DNA from: an uncultured virus (IMG/VR IMGVR_UViG_3300048839_000486) | Lineage: Duplodnaviria; Heunggongvirae; Uroviricota; Caudoviricetes | Virus record (IMG/VR): IMGVR_UViG_3300048839_000486 | Length of the DNA stretch: 27,543 bases | Reading direction: 5' to 3' (one strand) | Notes under the pieces: generated by a model | Told to the model about the DNA's origin: nothing | What the model saw: the letters and a program-made list of their open reading frames with translations, nothing else | The model's database searches: none | Position numbers and translations under genes: made by a program | Part shown: piece after piece, positions 8,850-16,623 of the stretch | Numbering within the stretch: the stretch's first letter is position 1 | Layout: every line of letters starts with the position of its first letter

Positions 8850-9308
8850 CTATCGCTGCGCATTGTTTTCTGCCGCAGACAGCATTTTGATGCCGCTCTC
8901 CAGAAAGGCTTCGTAGAAAGTCTGCCCGTTTGGCGCCTGAGCGTAGGGCAGGAACACTTGATCCACCGTAACCATCCCGGTCTGAATCAGCGCAAGCTGC
9001 GCCTCCACCCAGCGAAGGATCTGCCTCCAAGCGACCCGAACGGCTTGCTGCCGGATTGCCTGCCGGTCACGCACGGACACCCGCTTCTTTCGCAGTGCAG
9101 ATTCGATGGGGTCGATATTGGCCGGCAGTGCGTAGCTGACCAAGTGCCCGCCAACGGGGACACTGAAGCAAACACCAGATACGTCGCCCTCAGGACTATA
9201 TGAATGGCTGATCTGCCGCGCCCCAGCCTCCACCAATTTTGTCGTGATCTCGCTAACCGTCTTAGACGCAGAGATTGAGGTTGTTTCCATGAAAATACGC
9301 TTAGGCAT
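8850..9308 (-). CDS. Conserved phage hypothetical protein
   Basis: 152 aa; QAVRVAWRQILRWVEAQLALIQTGMVTVDQVFLPY motif recalled as common in phages; RBS AGGAG. Confidence 0.8.
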   Translation of the reverse strand: MPKRIFMETTSISASKTVSEITTKLVEAGARQISHSYSPEGDVSGVCFSVPVGGHLVSYALPANIDPIESALRKKRVSVRDRQAIRQQAVRVAWRQILRWVEAQLALIQTGMVTVDQVFLPYAQAPNGQTFYEAFLESGIKMLSAAENNAQR

Positions 9309-9320
9309 GGTAGTTTTCTC

Positions 9321-9383
9321 CTATAAACTCACCAGCGCGTGCAGCGCCGGGGTGCGGTGGTGGAGGGTGGTCAGGTCAGGCAT
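9321..9383 (-). pseudogene. 20-codon gene stub duplicating the start of the upstream gene
   Basis: MPDLTTLHHRTPALHALVSL* versus MSDLTTLHHKKG at 9697. Confidence 0.5.
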
Positions 9384-9692
9384 CAAATCACCCTCCCTGA
9401 GTTGTCCACAAGTAGCCGCTGCATCTGCGTGACAGTGCGGCCAGCAAGCGGCGGAGTCACCATCGCCAGAACGTCCTCATTGCTCTCCCACCAGACGCGG
9501 TGTGGTGTCCCCGCGACGGTGGACGGTAAGCGGTCCGAGGGACAAAGAATGACGGTGAACGCCGTATCCCCCGCGTCCTCGATTCGCACCATTGCATTGA
9601 CTGGCGGATACCAGTGGAAGCCGAGGCGGGCGCCGCGGATGGTTTGGCCGAAGGTGGGGCGGCCTTTTTTATGGTGGAGGGTGGTCAGGTCA
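9358..9692. repeat. 21-bp exact direct repeat pair
   Basis: TGGTGGAGGGTGGTCAGGTCA at 9358-9378 and 9672-9692. Confidence 0.9.
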
Positions 9693-9697
9693 CTCAT
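9383..9697 (-). CDS. Hypothetical protein (104 aa)
   Basis: ATG overlaps the upstream TGA; RBS GGGGGTGGAG. Confidence 0.65.
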   Translation of the reverse strand: MSDLTTLHHKKGRPTFGQTIRGARLGFHWYPPVNAMVRIEDAGDTAFTVILCPSDRLPSTVAGTPHRVWWESNEDVLAMVTPPLAGRTVTQMQRLLVDNSGRVI

Positions 9698-10094
9698 GCT
9701 CCACCCCCATCGCGCAACCTGTACGGCGTGCGCTTCTCCCACCTCTCAAAGTGGCGTTCGTCGTTGGCGGTATCCACCCGGTAGGTGAATTCCCTTTGCA
9801 ATTTGTGCTTCATCAGATAGTTCATGATTTCCACCGCCACGGATTTCTTGACGCGGTATGTGGCCCATGCCCAATTCGCCGCGCCAGCCCATCCCTCATG
9901 CCGAAACTTTCGCCGCCCGATGCGCAGATGTTCGCCAGTGGACAGGAAAGCTGCGCCACGATCCCAGAAAATGCTTTCGACTTCAACGCCGAAGGCATCA
10001 AACCGCATCAAGTGATGCCCCTCAAACCCGTTGTCTCCCCCATGGCACACGTGAACGAGTACGACCTTTTCACTCACGCCCCACCCCCATCGCG
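9690..10094. repeat. 25-bp direct repeat pair (2 mismatches)
   Basis: TCACTCATGCTCCACCCCCATCGCG (9690-9714) versus TCACTCACGCCCCACCCCCATCGCG (10070-10094). Confidence 0.85.
9694..10077 (-). CDS. Hypothetical protein (127 aa), in frame with the upstream DUF5131 stub
   Basis: GTG at 10077 (VSEKVVLVHV...); could be translated as a fusion from ATG 10158. Confidence 0.65.
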   Translation of the reverse strand: MSEKVVLVHVCHGGDNGFEGHHLMRFDAFGVEVESIFWDRGAAFLSTGEHLRIGRRKFRHEGWAGAANWAWATYRVKKSVAVEIMNYLMKHKLQREFTYRVDTANDERHFERWEKRTPYRLRDGGGA

Positions 10095-10098
10095 GCGT

Positions 10099-10158
10099 GC
10101 ATCCGCGAATCGGGTTCCAGGTTGCGTCGGTCCATTCGATCTTGCTGTTTTCAGCCAT
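10099..10158 (-). pseudogene. DUF5131 (phage Gp37/Gp68) N-terminal remnant
   Basis: MAENSKIEWTDATWNPIRGC is the family N-terminus; similarity stops after about 20 codons. Confidence 0.8.
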
Positions 10159-10384
10159 TCGCTTTTCCTCCAAACCCGCTCCCACCAGGGCGACCTTCAC
10201 CGTCCGCCACCTCGATCTCGGACTCCCCAAGTTCAGCAACCAGCCGAAACTCATGGGACAGGTCGATCAATTCCTCTGCGAGTTCGGGGTACCGCCGGAG
10301 GTAGTTCTCAAGTGTTTGGCGGTCATGTTGCGGTTCTACCGAAAACGCGAACAAGACGTCTTCTGCCAGTCTTCGGTCAATCAT
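10151..10384 (-). CDS. Hypothetical protein (77 aa)
   Basis: 8-nt overlaps at both ends; RBS AAGGAG. Confidence 0.7.
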   Translation of the reverse strand: MIDRRLAEDVLFAFSVEPQHDRQTLENYLRRYPELAEELIDLSHEFRLVAELGESEIEVADGEGRPGGSGFGGKANG

Positions 10385-10568
10385 CTGCTTCTCCTTTGGG
10401 AGACAGGAGATCGCGGAGCGTCGCGTAGCAGTTCGCGCAGCCGGGGGAGATTTTCTGGCAGTGGTGGCCGATCTTGCCCGTCTCCAGGTTACGGAAGCGG
10501 ATGGGGTTGATGGTGTGGCCGCGTGATCCGTCGCGGTTCGTGACCCACTCGATCTTGGTTTCAGGCAT
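10377..10568 (-). pseudogene. Second truncated DUF5131 (Gp37/Gp68) gene
   Basis: MPETKIEWV...TINP...CQKISPGCANCYA (CxxxSPGCxNCYA motif), then an unrelated 14-aa tail and stop. Confidence 0.8.
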
Positions 10569-10575
10569 CGCGGCC

Positions 10576-10755
10576 CTCCGCCTGCGCGAGCGCGGCGCTA
10601 TCGAATCGAAATTGAGACATGGTTGAATATCCACCACAGAATGAACGGACTTCCCAATACCAGCAAGACGATAAACGCCAAGCCAAACCAAAGAATGATC
10701 TCGATTCCCTTGAATGGGTTCATGATTTCGACTACTCCGCCTGCGCGAGCGCGGC
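10576..10755. repeat. 21-bp exact direct repeat pair
   Basis: CTCCGCCTGCGCGAGCGCGGC at 10576-10596 and 10735-10755. Confidence 0.9.
10598..10723 (-). CDS. Small membrane protein (41 aa)
   Basis: MNPFKGIEIILWFGLAFIVLLVLGSPFILWWIFNHVSISIR; AT-rich relative to its flanks. Confidence 0.65.
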   Translation of the reverse strand: MNPFKGIEIILWFGLAFIVLLVLGSPFILWWIFNHVSISIR

Positions 10756-10932
10756 CGCCACAGCCGCGTCGAAGTCCGCGTCCTTTGCGCTGTACTCGCG
10801 CACCGCCTCCGGGGTGTCCAGCGTCAGGCACACATCCCAGACGCCAGCGCTGCGGATGCAGTAGGCGGCGCGGTATTGCGGGTCGGCGGCTTCCCACTTC
10901 TCCAGCCGCTCCTTCTGGGTCATGTCAGCCAT
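10732..10932 (-). CDS. Hypothetical protein (66 aa)
   Basis: MADMTQKERLEKW...AALAQAE; ATGGCTGA overlap, RBS GGAGG. Confidence 0.65.
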   Translation of the reverse strand: MADMTQKERLEKWEAADPQYRAAYCIRSAGVWDVCLTLDTPEAVREYSAKDADFDAAVAAALAQAE

Positions 10933-11215
10933 CCCGGGCCTCCCGCTTCCGCGCTGTGACGACCAGATCCATGTCGAGGCGGTCGAGCATCTGGGCGACC
11001 TCGGTGAAGGTGAGGTTGAATTTGCCCTGCATGAGTTGGATGATGTGCCAGTGGTTCGGCGAACCCGTTGCTTCGGCGAGTTGTCCCTCATCCCATCCGC
11101 GCTCCACCATCACGTCCGCGAAAAGTTGCGCCACGTCCATGCGTGCCTTTTCGTCCACGTACTTCCGGCGAAACTCCGGGTCTTTCAGCATGGTTTCGAG
11201 GGTGGTTTCAGCCAT
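10925..11215 (-). CDS. XRE-family HTH protein (HigA antitoxin-like)
   Basis: MLKDPEFRRKY...VMVERGWDEGQLAEATG...GKFNLTFTEVAQMLDRLDMDLVV; RBS GGAGG. Confidence 0.75.
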   Translation of the reverse strand: MAETTLETMLKDPEFRRKYVDEKARMDVAQLFADVMVERGWDEGQLAEATGSPNHWHIIQLMQGKFNLTFTEVAQMLDRLDMDLVVTARKREARDG

Positions 11216-11510
11216 TCTGGGCCTCCTCCGCGCTGAGCACGCTCTGCCGCTTGAGTTTCGTGATCTGCCCCTTGAGTGCTGCGATGCGGCGCTTGAGCCG
11301 TTCTTCGCGCCGGAGTGCGTCGTTGTACCAGCGCTTGTAGTCGTCGCGCTCCCTGATGATCCGGACATGGTACTCCGCCATCGCCTCCGTCGCGTTGGCG
11401 ATGCGCTGGAGGCAGCCCACTTTGATTTGGTCGTCGTTCAGCGTGGGGGACCGGTCGGGCCTGTGCCAAGCGACCTTGGATCGATCGATGTAGGATATGG
11501 TGTCAGCCAT
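11208..11510 (-). CDS. Coiled-coil hypothetical protein (100 aa)
   Basis: ATGGCTGA overlaps; C-terminal RRIAALKGQITKLK. Confidence 0.7.
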   Translation of the reverse strand: MADTISYIDRSKVAWHRPDRSPTLNDDQIKVGCLQRIANATEAMAEYHVRIIRERDDYKRWYNDALRREERLKRRIAALKGQITKLKRQSVLSAEEAQNG

Positions 11511-12198
11511 TCTGCTCTCCCTTCTCCGCGTCGAGGGCGGCGAGGGCGGCGCGAACCTGATTAACGTAGCCATTCCAAAGGGCATACTTGTCGTCGTCAT
11601 GCCCGGTGTCGCTGAACCTATAGCCCGGCAGCCCCCGCATCGCCTCCCGCTTGGCCTCGCGGCGGACGCGGGCGAGGATGGGGGCGGGGTCCGACAACTC
11701 CGCCAGTACGCCAGCGAAACGCGCCTCAGCATACGTTCCGGCGACGTCCTGCCGGCACGCCTCGATCTCCTGACGGGCGATGTCCAGCGCCGCCGCCAGC
11801 GCCGCCTCCCGCTCCCGCGCGGCGGCGAGGTCGTTGCGGTAGCCATCCACCTGCCCGCGCAGTTGCTCGATGGTCAGCCTGATATACTCCCCGATGGTGT
11901 CCACCGTGTCACCGTCTGGCTCGGGTTCAAATCCGACCGAAGAAGCAATACTGCGGAGTTCACGGGAGCAATCGGCCTCCCATTCGTCGAGATCGCGGCG
12001 CAGGGCGTGCGTTGCCTCCTCCGCTTGTTCTTCAGCCTGTTCTGCCCGCTCCTTCGCGGCGGATGATTCGGCTTCGAGGGCGGCAATGCGGGCCTCCAAT
12101 GGACCTGTGGAGGCGATGCAATTCACTACGCCGTTGTCGTCCACTGTGATGCCCCGGTTGGCGAGAATGGCTTTTTGCTCGGGGGTCAGTTTACTCAT
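11503..12198 (-). CDS. Coiled-coil phage protein (Ead/Ea22-like architecture)
   Basis: 231 aa from ATG 12198, ATGAGTAA overlap, RBS GGAGG. Confidence 0.7.
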   Translation of the reverse strand: MSKLTPEQKAILANRGITVDDNGVVNCIASTGPLEARIAALEAESSAAKERAEQAEEQAEEATHALRRDLDEWEADCSRELRSIASSVGFEPEPDGDTVDTIGEYIRLTIEQLRGQVDGYRNDLAAAREREAALAAALDIARQEIEACRQDVAGTYAEARFAGVLAELSDPAPILARVRREAKREAMRGLPGYRFSDTGHDDDKYALWNGYVNQVRAALAALDAEKGEQNG

Positions 12199-12559
12199 CG
12201 ACGGCCTCCAACTCCTCGCCCGTAACCGCCAGGTACGCGGCGCGGGCGGTCTGGGCGGGGGTAGCAGACAGTAAATCCCACATGTCTGTATACCCGGCCC
12301 CAACCATCTGCCAGTCCGAGCCCACAACGGCGGTCAGGGCGTCGATAAACTCAGAGATTCGCCGGAACTCCCTCACTCGCGCGCGCACCAGCGCGGCGGC
12401 GTTGTGGTCTGTGGCGAAGTCATACCCACGTTCCCAGTAATCAACACCATCCACGGAAATGCGATACCGATACCCCACTTCTCCCGCCATCGTAGACGGC
12501 TTTGTGTCCCACCCCATCACCCGCTCCGCAATCGCGACGTTAAAGTCTTTCTTCTTCAT
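12191..12559 (-). CDS. Phage ABA-sandwich (BC1872-like) domain protein
   Basis: NVAIAERVMGW...DFATDHNAAALV...ATPAQTARAAYLAV. Confidence 0.7.
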   Translation of the reverse strand: MKKKDFNVAIAERVMGWDTKPSTMAGEVGYRYRISVDGVDYWERGYDFATDHNAAALVRARVREFRRISEFIDALTAVVGSDWQMVGAGYTDMWDLLSATPAQTARAAYLAVTGEELEAVDE

Positions 12560-12885
12560 GGCTGGCTCCCGCCGCCAACCAGTTTCTCTTTCGGCGCCCG
12601 CAACTCCATGAGGATCTGCTGGTACTCCATCATAAGCTGCCCGTAGGCTTGCGCCACCATGGGCAGGGCGTGGAAAGTGTCCCCCCAACTGTGCAGGCTT
12701 TGCCCACCCAAAACCCGCCCATCGGGGTAGCGAGTGTCCGCTTTGGCAACCAGGACGACATCCTGGATTCCGAATTCTTCCCGCGCCGATGCAACGGCGG
12801 CATAGAAAGCGGCTAGCGCCGCATTGGTCTCCTCTGGGCCGTCGAATGGCGGCATGTCGGCTTTGGTTTTTTTCTTCTCACGCAT
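12556..12885 (-). CDS. Hypothetical protein (109 aa)
   Basis: Coupled overlaps at both ends. Confidence 0.7.
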   Translation of the reverse strand: MREKKKTKADMPPFDGPEETNAALAAFYAAVASAREEFGIQDVVLVAKADTRYPDGRVLGGQSLHSWGDTFHALPMVAQAYGQLMMEYQQILMELRAPKEKLVGGGSQP

Positions 12886-13165
12886 CTTCCTGTTCTCCTT
12901 TTCCTGCTGGTATCTCTTCTTCGCGCTTCACTTTCACTGAGATTGCATGGAAACTCTGGTCCAGCCAATTGGAGAACCGGAGAGCGCCTGGCGCGAAATG
13001 CAGAGAGATCTCGCTGCCGGCGGCGTCGTTTCTCTGTGTGACTGCCCGCACAACTTCGCCTTTGTCCATTTCGATGAGTGTAAACAGAACCTTTTTGCCT
13101 CCGTTGGCGACACCGGCGACGCGGAGACCCAGCATAATCAGGAGGGCTCCCAAGTAAATCAACAT
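12878..13165 (-). CDS. Membrane-anchored hypothetical protein
   Basis: N-terminal hydrophobic MLIYLGALLIMLGLRVAGV; RBS GGAGGAGG. Confidence 0.65.
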   Translation of the reverse strand: MLIYLGALLIMLGLRVAGVANGGKKVLFTLIEMDKGEVVRAVTQRNDAAGSEISLHFAPGALRFSNWLDQSFHAISVKVKREEEIPAGKGEQEDA

Positions 13166-13680
13166 GCCTCCTCCTTTTCGGGGGCACCTTCACCCGCTTC
13201 GCTTTCGGCGTCCGGCGCCGGATGTTCCGCCGGCTCAACCGTAGCGGACGCCAATTCGATCTTGAACGATGGGAGGGGGATCTTGCACGCGAACGGCTCG
13301 CCGTCCGGGCCGATTCCGGCGACACTCACGGAAGACATGTCTTTGCTTTGCGACCAGACGACCGTTCTGTCGTTAATGCCGGGATCGACATACACCTTGA
13401 GGCCGCCCAAGAGAGACGACAGAGCCGGGAGGCTCACCAACTCAAGGTTGCGGGCAATCTCAGAATTTGGATTGATCGTAGTGAATCTCTGGGGATCATC
13501 CGGGCTGGCGACTTGGCTGGCGCGCGCGCGGCATTCCTCTATCGCTTGATGCACCCCCTCCCAGAACGAGGTAAGAGGGGACACTCCTTTTGCTTCAGGC
13601 TGGTTCATCCCCCGATGGACCTCTCGCCCAAACTCAGTCAAGACGAACACGTCATCGGGATCATCCTTCCGTGTTGGCAT
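13159..13680 (-). CDS. Hypothetical protein (173 aa)
   Basis: RBS AAAGGA; acidic C-terminus. Confidence 0.7.
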   Translation of the reverse strand: MPTRKDDPDDVFVLTEFGREVHRGMNQPEAKGVSPLTSFWEGVHQAIEECRARASQVASPDDPQRFTTINPNSEIARNLELVSLPALSSLLGGLKVYVDPGINDRTVVWSQSKDMSSVSVAGIGPDGEPFACKIPLPSFKIELASATVEPAEHPAPDAESEAGEGAPEKEEAC

Positions 13681-13879
13681 TCGTGGTTCCTTTCTGCTTC
13701 TGCTCCTGCTCGGCTTTACGTCTGGATCGCTCTCTGGACTGAACCCGGTTCCACGTGGCGGCGCATGGCGGGCAACGCTTGGCGTTTCTGGCCGGGGACC
13801 GCCACGGCTGACCGCAATCGAAGCAATACACGACGACGGTGGGCACGATCGCGGGCATCGGCGGAGGTGCGGAACTCAC
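13661..13879 (-). CDS. Small zinc-ribbon protein
   Basis: CFDCGQPW...KRCPPC; GTGA overlap. Confidence 0.65.
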   Translation of the reverse strand: MSSAPPPMPAIVPTVVVYCFDCGQPWRSPARNAKRCPPCAATWNRVQSRERSRRKAEQEQKQKGTTNANTEG

Positions 13880-14382
13880 TTCCGGCTCTCGCTCTGTTCG
13901 CTGGGCTCTGGCTTGCCGGCATCCTCCAGTACTTTGACGACGGCGGCGTATTCGCGCGGGGACGGCTTGACGGAGCCGCGCACCCAGCAGCGGACGGTTT
14001 CCACCGACACACCGCAAGCGTCTGCAATGAACAGCACCGGGACGCCGGACTCTTCAATGCGGTCGCCGATGCTCTTCGTGTTCCGGACGCTGTTGGCGAT
14101 GTCGCGAGCGCGTTTTTTGGCTCCCTGGATTTGCGCCCACGCAGCATCCAGCGTCGCGCTGGTGAATTGCGCCAGCCTCTTCGGCACGCTGGGCGCCGGC
14201 CACTGGCGGATGCCGCAGAGGAACATTTCTAACGCGGCCCGGTTCACCTGATCGGACGCACTATGAGGTTGCGACGGCGCGGCGCCTTTGGGGTACATGC
14301 CGCAACCGTGGGTGATTGCCTTGCGGTGAACAAAATGAGCGGAGTTGACGCTCTCGCTATCTGCTTGCACTGGTTGATTCAC
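13876..14382 (-). CDS. Cro/XRE-type HTH domain protein
   Basis: C-terminal IEESGVPVLFIADACGVSVETVRCWVRGSVKPS; RBS GGAGGT. Confidence 0.75.
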   Translation of the reverse strand: MNQPVQADSESVNSAHFVHRKAITHGCGMYPKGAAPSQPHSASDQVNRAALEMFLCGIRQWPAPSVPKRLAQFTSATLDAAWAQIQGAKKRARDIANSVRNTKSIGDRIEESGVPVLFIADACGVSVETVRCWVRGSVKPSPREYAAVVKVLEDAGKPEPSEQSESRK

Positions 14383-14432
14383 TCAAACCTCCAATCCTGA
14401 AACCTTCAAACAATTACTCAGCCACTCGCATT

Positions 14433-14858
14433 TCACTCGTGCAGTTCTTCTGCCGCCATGTCGAACAAGCTCCCCCCGACAACTTCGGAGGCTGGCTCTG
14501 CCTCATCCGTCCGAACGATCCCCCCGCATAGGGTGTCCACGATGCCGGGGACATCGCCCGGCGCTTCAGACCGGGCCTGCTTGGAGCGTTCGATCTGTTT
14601 CAGTTTCTTGTCGATCGAGTCGAGGAGCCAGCCAGCGAGGATGATTTCATCGTGGAGCCCGAGCTTGAAACTGGAGGTCTGCAAACTTCCCGGCAGCGCC
14701 CACGCAACAGTCACAAACCTTGGGCCGGAAGCCTCCCGCGATTTTGTCGCCGGGGTGTATTCGACTCGGGTGATGGCCTGAAACGTCTGGTCAGATTTCG
14801 TGACCACGCCGCCCGGCAGGTCAATAATCAGCGTCTTGTTGTAGGGTCCGGCTCTCAT
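14433..14858 (-). CDS. Hypothetical protein (141 aa)
   Basis: MRAGPYNKTLII...; ATGA overlap. Confidence 0.65.
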   Translation of the reverse strand: MRAGPYNKTLIIDLPGGVVTKSDQTFQAITRVEYTPATKSREASGPRFVTVAWALPGSLQTSSFKLGLHDEIILAGWLLDSIDKKLKQIERSKQARSEAPGDVPGIVDTLCGGIVRTDEAEPASEVVGGSLFDMAAEELHE

Positions 14859-15277
14859 TGGTGGGTGCTCTCTTTCCTTCCTTCGCTGTCTTCGCGCTCT
14901 GCTTCTTCGATGAGTTGGTCGATCGCGTCCAGGCTTTCGCAGATTCCTTCGGACGGCCCCGGATTCGGCGGCATCTTGAATGGCTGGATCTCGACCTTGG
15001 GTGCGTCCGGCGTCGGACGCTGAATATGGATACCTGTCGCCGGCAGCCACTGGACCGCAGGCTGGTCGTCGGCACGGTCAGGGGCCGATTCGGGTTGGCG
15101 CACCTCCACGATGCCATGCACGTCCTCAAGGGAGGCCCAGTACATTTCGGAACCATCCTCGGGTTGCAGGAGTATCCATTTCAGATCGAGGTCGATCGCG
15201 GCGAGGGTAGCGCGACGCGGGGGCGAATCATTGCTACGCCACCGGATCTCAACCAACCGTCCAATCCAGGAAGCCAT
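14855..15277 (-). CDS. Hypothetical protein, N-terminal Sm/SH3-like beta domain possible
   Basis: MASWIGRLVEIRW...ATLAAIDLDLKWILLQPEDGSEMYWASLEDVHGIVEV; start uncertain (15277, 15313 or 15394). Confidence 0.6.
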   Translation of the reverse strand: MASWIGRLVEIRWRSNDSPPRRATLAAIDLDLKWILLQPEDGSEMYWASLEDVHGIVEVRQPESAPDRADDQPAVQWLPATGIHIQRPTPDAPKVEIQPFKMPPNPGPSEGICESLDAIDQLIEEAEREDSEGRKESTHQ

Positions 15278-15464
15278 GTCGTTCACGGCTCGGTTATGGC
15301 GATATGTGACCATATTTGCTAACCAATCAATCTTTTCAGTCCGGGTCGCGTTGTACCTTATCCTCGTTTTGCGAGTTTCGCGACCCGGTGCCACTGTCCG
15401 GTGGAGCCGGGTCGCGCCCGGCGCGCTGGCTGCAAGAGTGCAGCCGGAAACCGTAAAACTTGGC

Positions 15465-16331
15465 CTAGCTCAAAACCTGCACGCCTTGCTCCGGCGAAAG
15501 CACGCCAACGCCATAGAGCAGATCCACCGTGAACTGCTGCGCCAGCGTGTTCGGCTGGTAGCTCATCAGCACCCGCATGCCGAAGTTGCCCAGCTCCGCG
15601 TACTCCGCGAGCATGCCCGAACCGGGTTGAGGCTTCTGCAACCGCCGGATCGCCAGGCCGATCGCGCTCTTCGCGAACGCCATGTTGTGCGTCGTCACCG
15701 GGCTCGCCCCCGTCTTCGGCACGAAGTGCGACCGGAACACGTAGAAGTCCTTCAACTTCCCGATCGTCCCGTCCACCAGCGCCCGCAAACCGGCTTCGCC
15801 CGCCGTGTTGTACTCGCTGAAGTTCTTCATCTGCCTCAGATGCGAGTAAGCATATGGGTCCACCACCATGTACTTCGGCTCGTTGGTCGCCACGTTCGCG
15901 TTGAACAGCGTCGTCTCCGCCGCGTCAATCACGCCTTCCGCCAGCGGCGTCCCCCCCGTGCCCAGCGGCGCGTTCACCGTGAACTGGCTGTACAACCCCA
16001 GCAGATCGCTCTCCACCCGCTCCGCCAGCGCCACCATCGCGGGTTGCATGTACAGCCGCAGCAGGTCGGGCACCGCAATCACCTTCGTCACATCTGGGAT
16101 CTGGAAGGTCGCTTCGATATGGCGATCCAGGCTGATAGAGACATCACGCGGGAGTTCCGCTGCTGGGTTGAAAATCGGGATACCCACGTGGTCGCGGATT
16201 TGCGCCGTCGTCGGCTCGAAAACGCGGTAAACCAAGTTCCCCATCACGAGGTTCCCAATCAATGCCGGAAGCGCGTCCACCGCCACCAGCTTCACAATCG
16301 CATTCGCCAAATTGGCTGAGGTCCAGATCAT
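15465..16331 (-). CDS. P22-coat/HK97-fold major capsid protein homolog (isolated copy)
   Basis: 288 aa: TSANLANAIVKLVAVDALPAL...HIEATFQIPD...YMQPAMVALAERVESDLL...AFAKSAIGLAIR...GMRVLMSYQPNTLAQQFTVDLLYGVGVL, typical P22 coat-family features. Confidence 0.85.
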   Translation of the reverse strand: MIWTSANLANAIVKLVAVDALPALIGNLVMGNLVYRVFEPTTAQIRDHVGIPIFNPAAELPRDVSISLDRHIEATFQIPDVTKVIAVPDLLRLYMQPAMVALAERVESDLLGLYSQFTVNAPLGTGGTPLAEGVIDAAETTLFNANVATNEPKYMVVDPYAYSHLRQMKNFSEYNTAGEAGLRALVDGTIGKLKDFYVFRSHFVPKTGASPVTTHNMAFAKSAIGLAIRRLQKPQPGSGMLAEYAELGNFGMRVLMSYQPNTLAQQFTVDLLYGVGVLSPEQGVQVLS

Positions 16332-16336
16332 ACTCG

Positions 16337-16573
16337 TTACCCCTTCGACACGGCCTGCCACGCCTCGCTGTAGCGGTCCACCTTGTCCCGGCGAGTCCAC
16401 TCGTCGTAGGTGTAATCGCATTGCCAGTGGTAGCAGGAGTGCGGGTTATTGTTCGCGTAGGCGGAAAACCAGATCTTGTCTTTGGTTTCCTGGTACAACT
16501 CGTCATCGGTCAGCCGTTGCAGTTTTGCCTTGTACTCGGCTTTTTTCTCAGGTGTGTTGGAAGGGTTTTTCAT
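16337..16573 (-). CDS. Hypothetical protein (78 aa)
   Basis: RBS GAGG; WFSAYANNNPHSCYHWQCD motif. Confidence 0.75.
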   Translation of the reverse strand: MKNPSNTPEKKAEYKAKLQRLTDDELYQETKDKIWFSAYANNNPHSCYHWQCDYTYDEWTRRDKVDRYSEAWQAVSKG

Positions 16574-16584
16574 TTCGTCCTCTC

Positions 16585-16615
16585 AAAAAACGGGGGCGGG
16601 AGAAGGTCCGCCCCC
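16585..16615 (-). terminator. Rho-independent terminator
   Basis: GGGGGCGG-ACCTTCTC-CCGCCCCC-GTTTTTT. Confidence 0.85.
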
Positions 16616-16623
16616 TAACCGCT

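Noticed and set aside
9358..10755. Possible CRISPR or integron array
   Set aside because: The repeat pairs differ from each other, spacing is gene-sized, and no attC-like palindromes, cas genes or integrase are visible.
10151..11510. Recurring ATGGCTGA at four gene junctions
   Set aside because: Explained by the common 8-nt start/stop overlap of coupled phage genes.
15330..15390. Hammerhead ribozyme (GAAAC stem plus CTGA)
   Set aside because: No NUH triplet after the stem and no CUGANGA core in the correct order.
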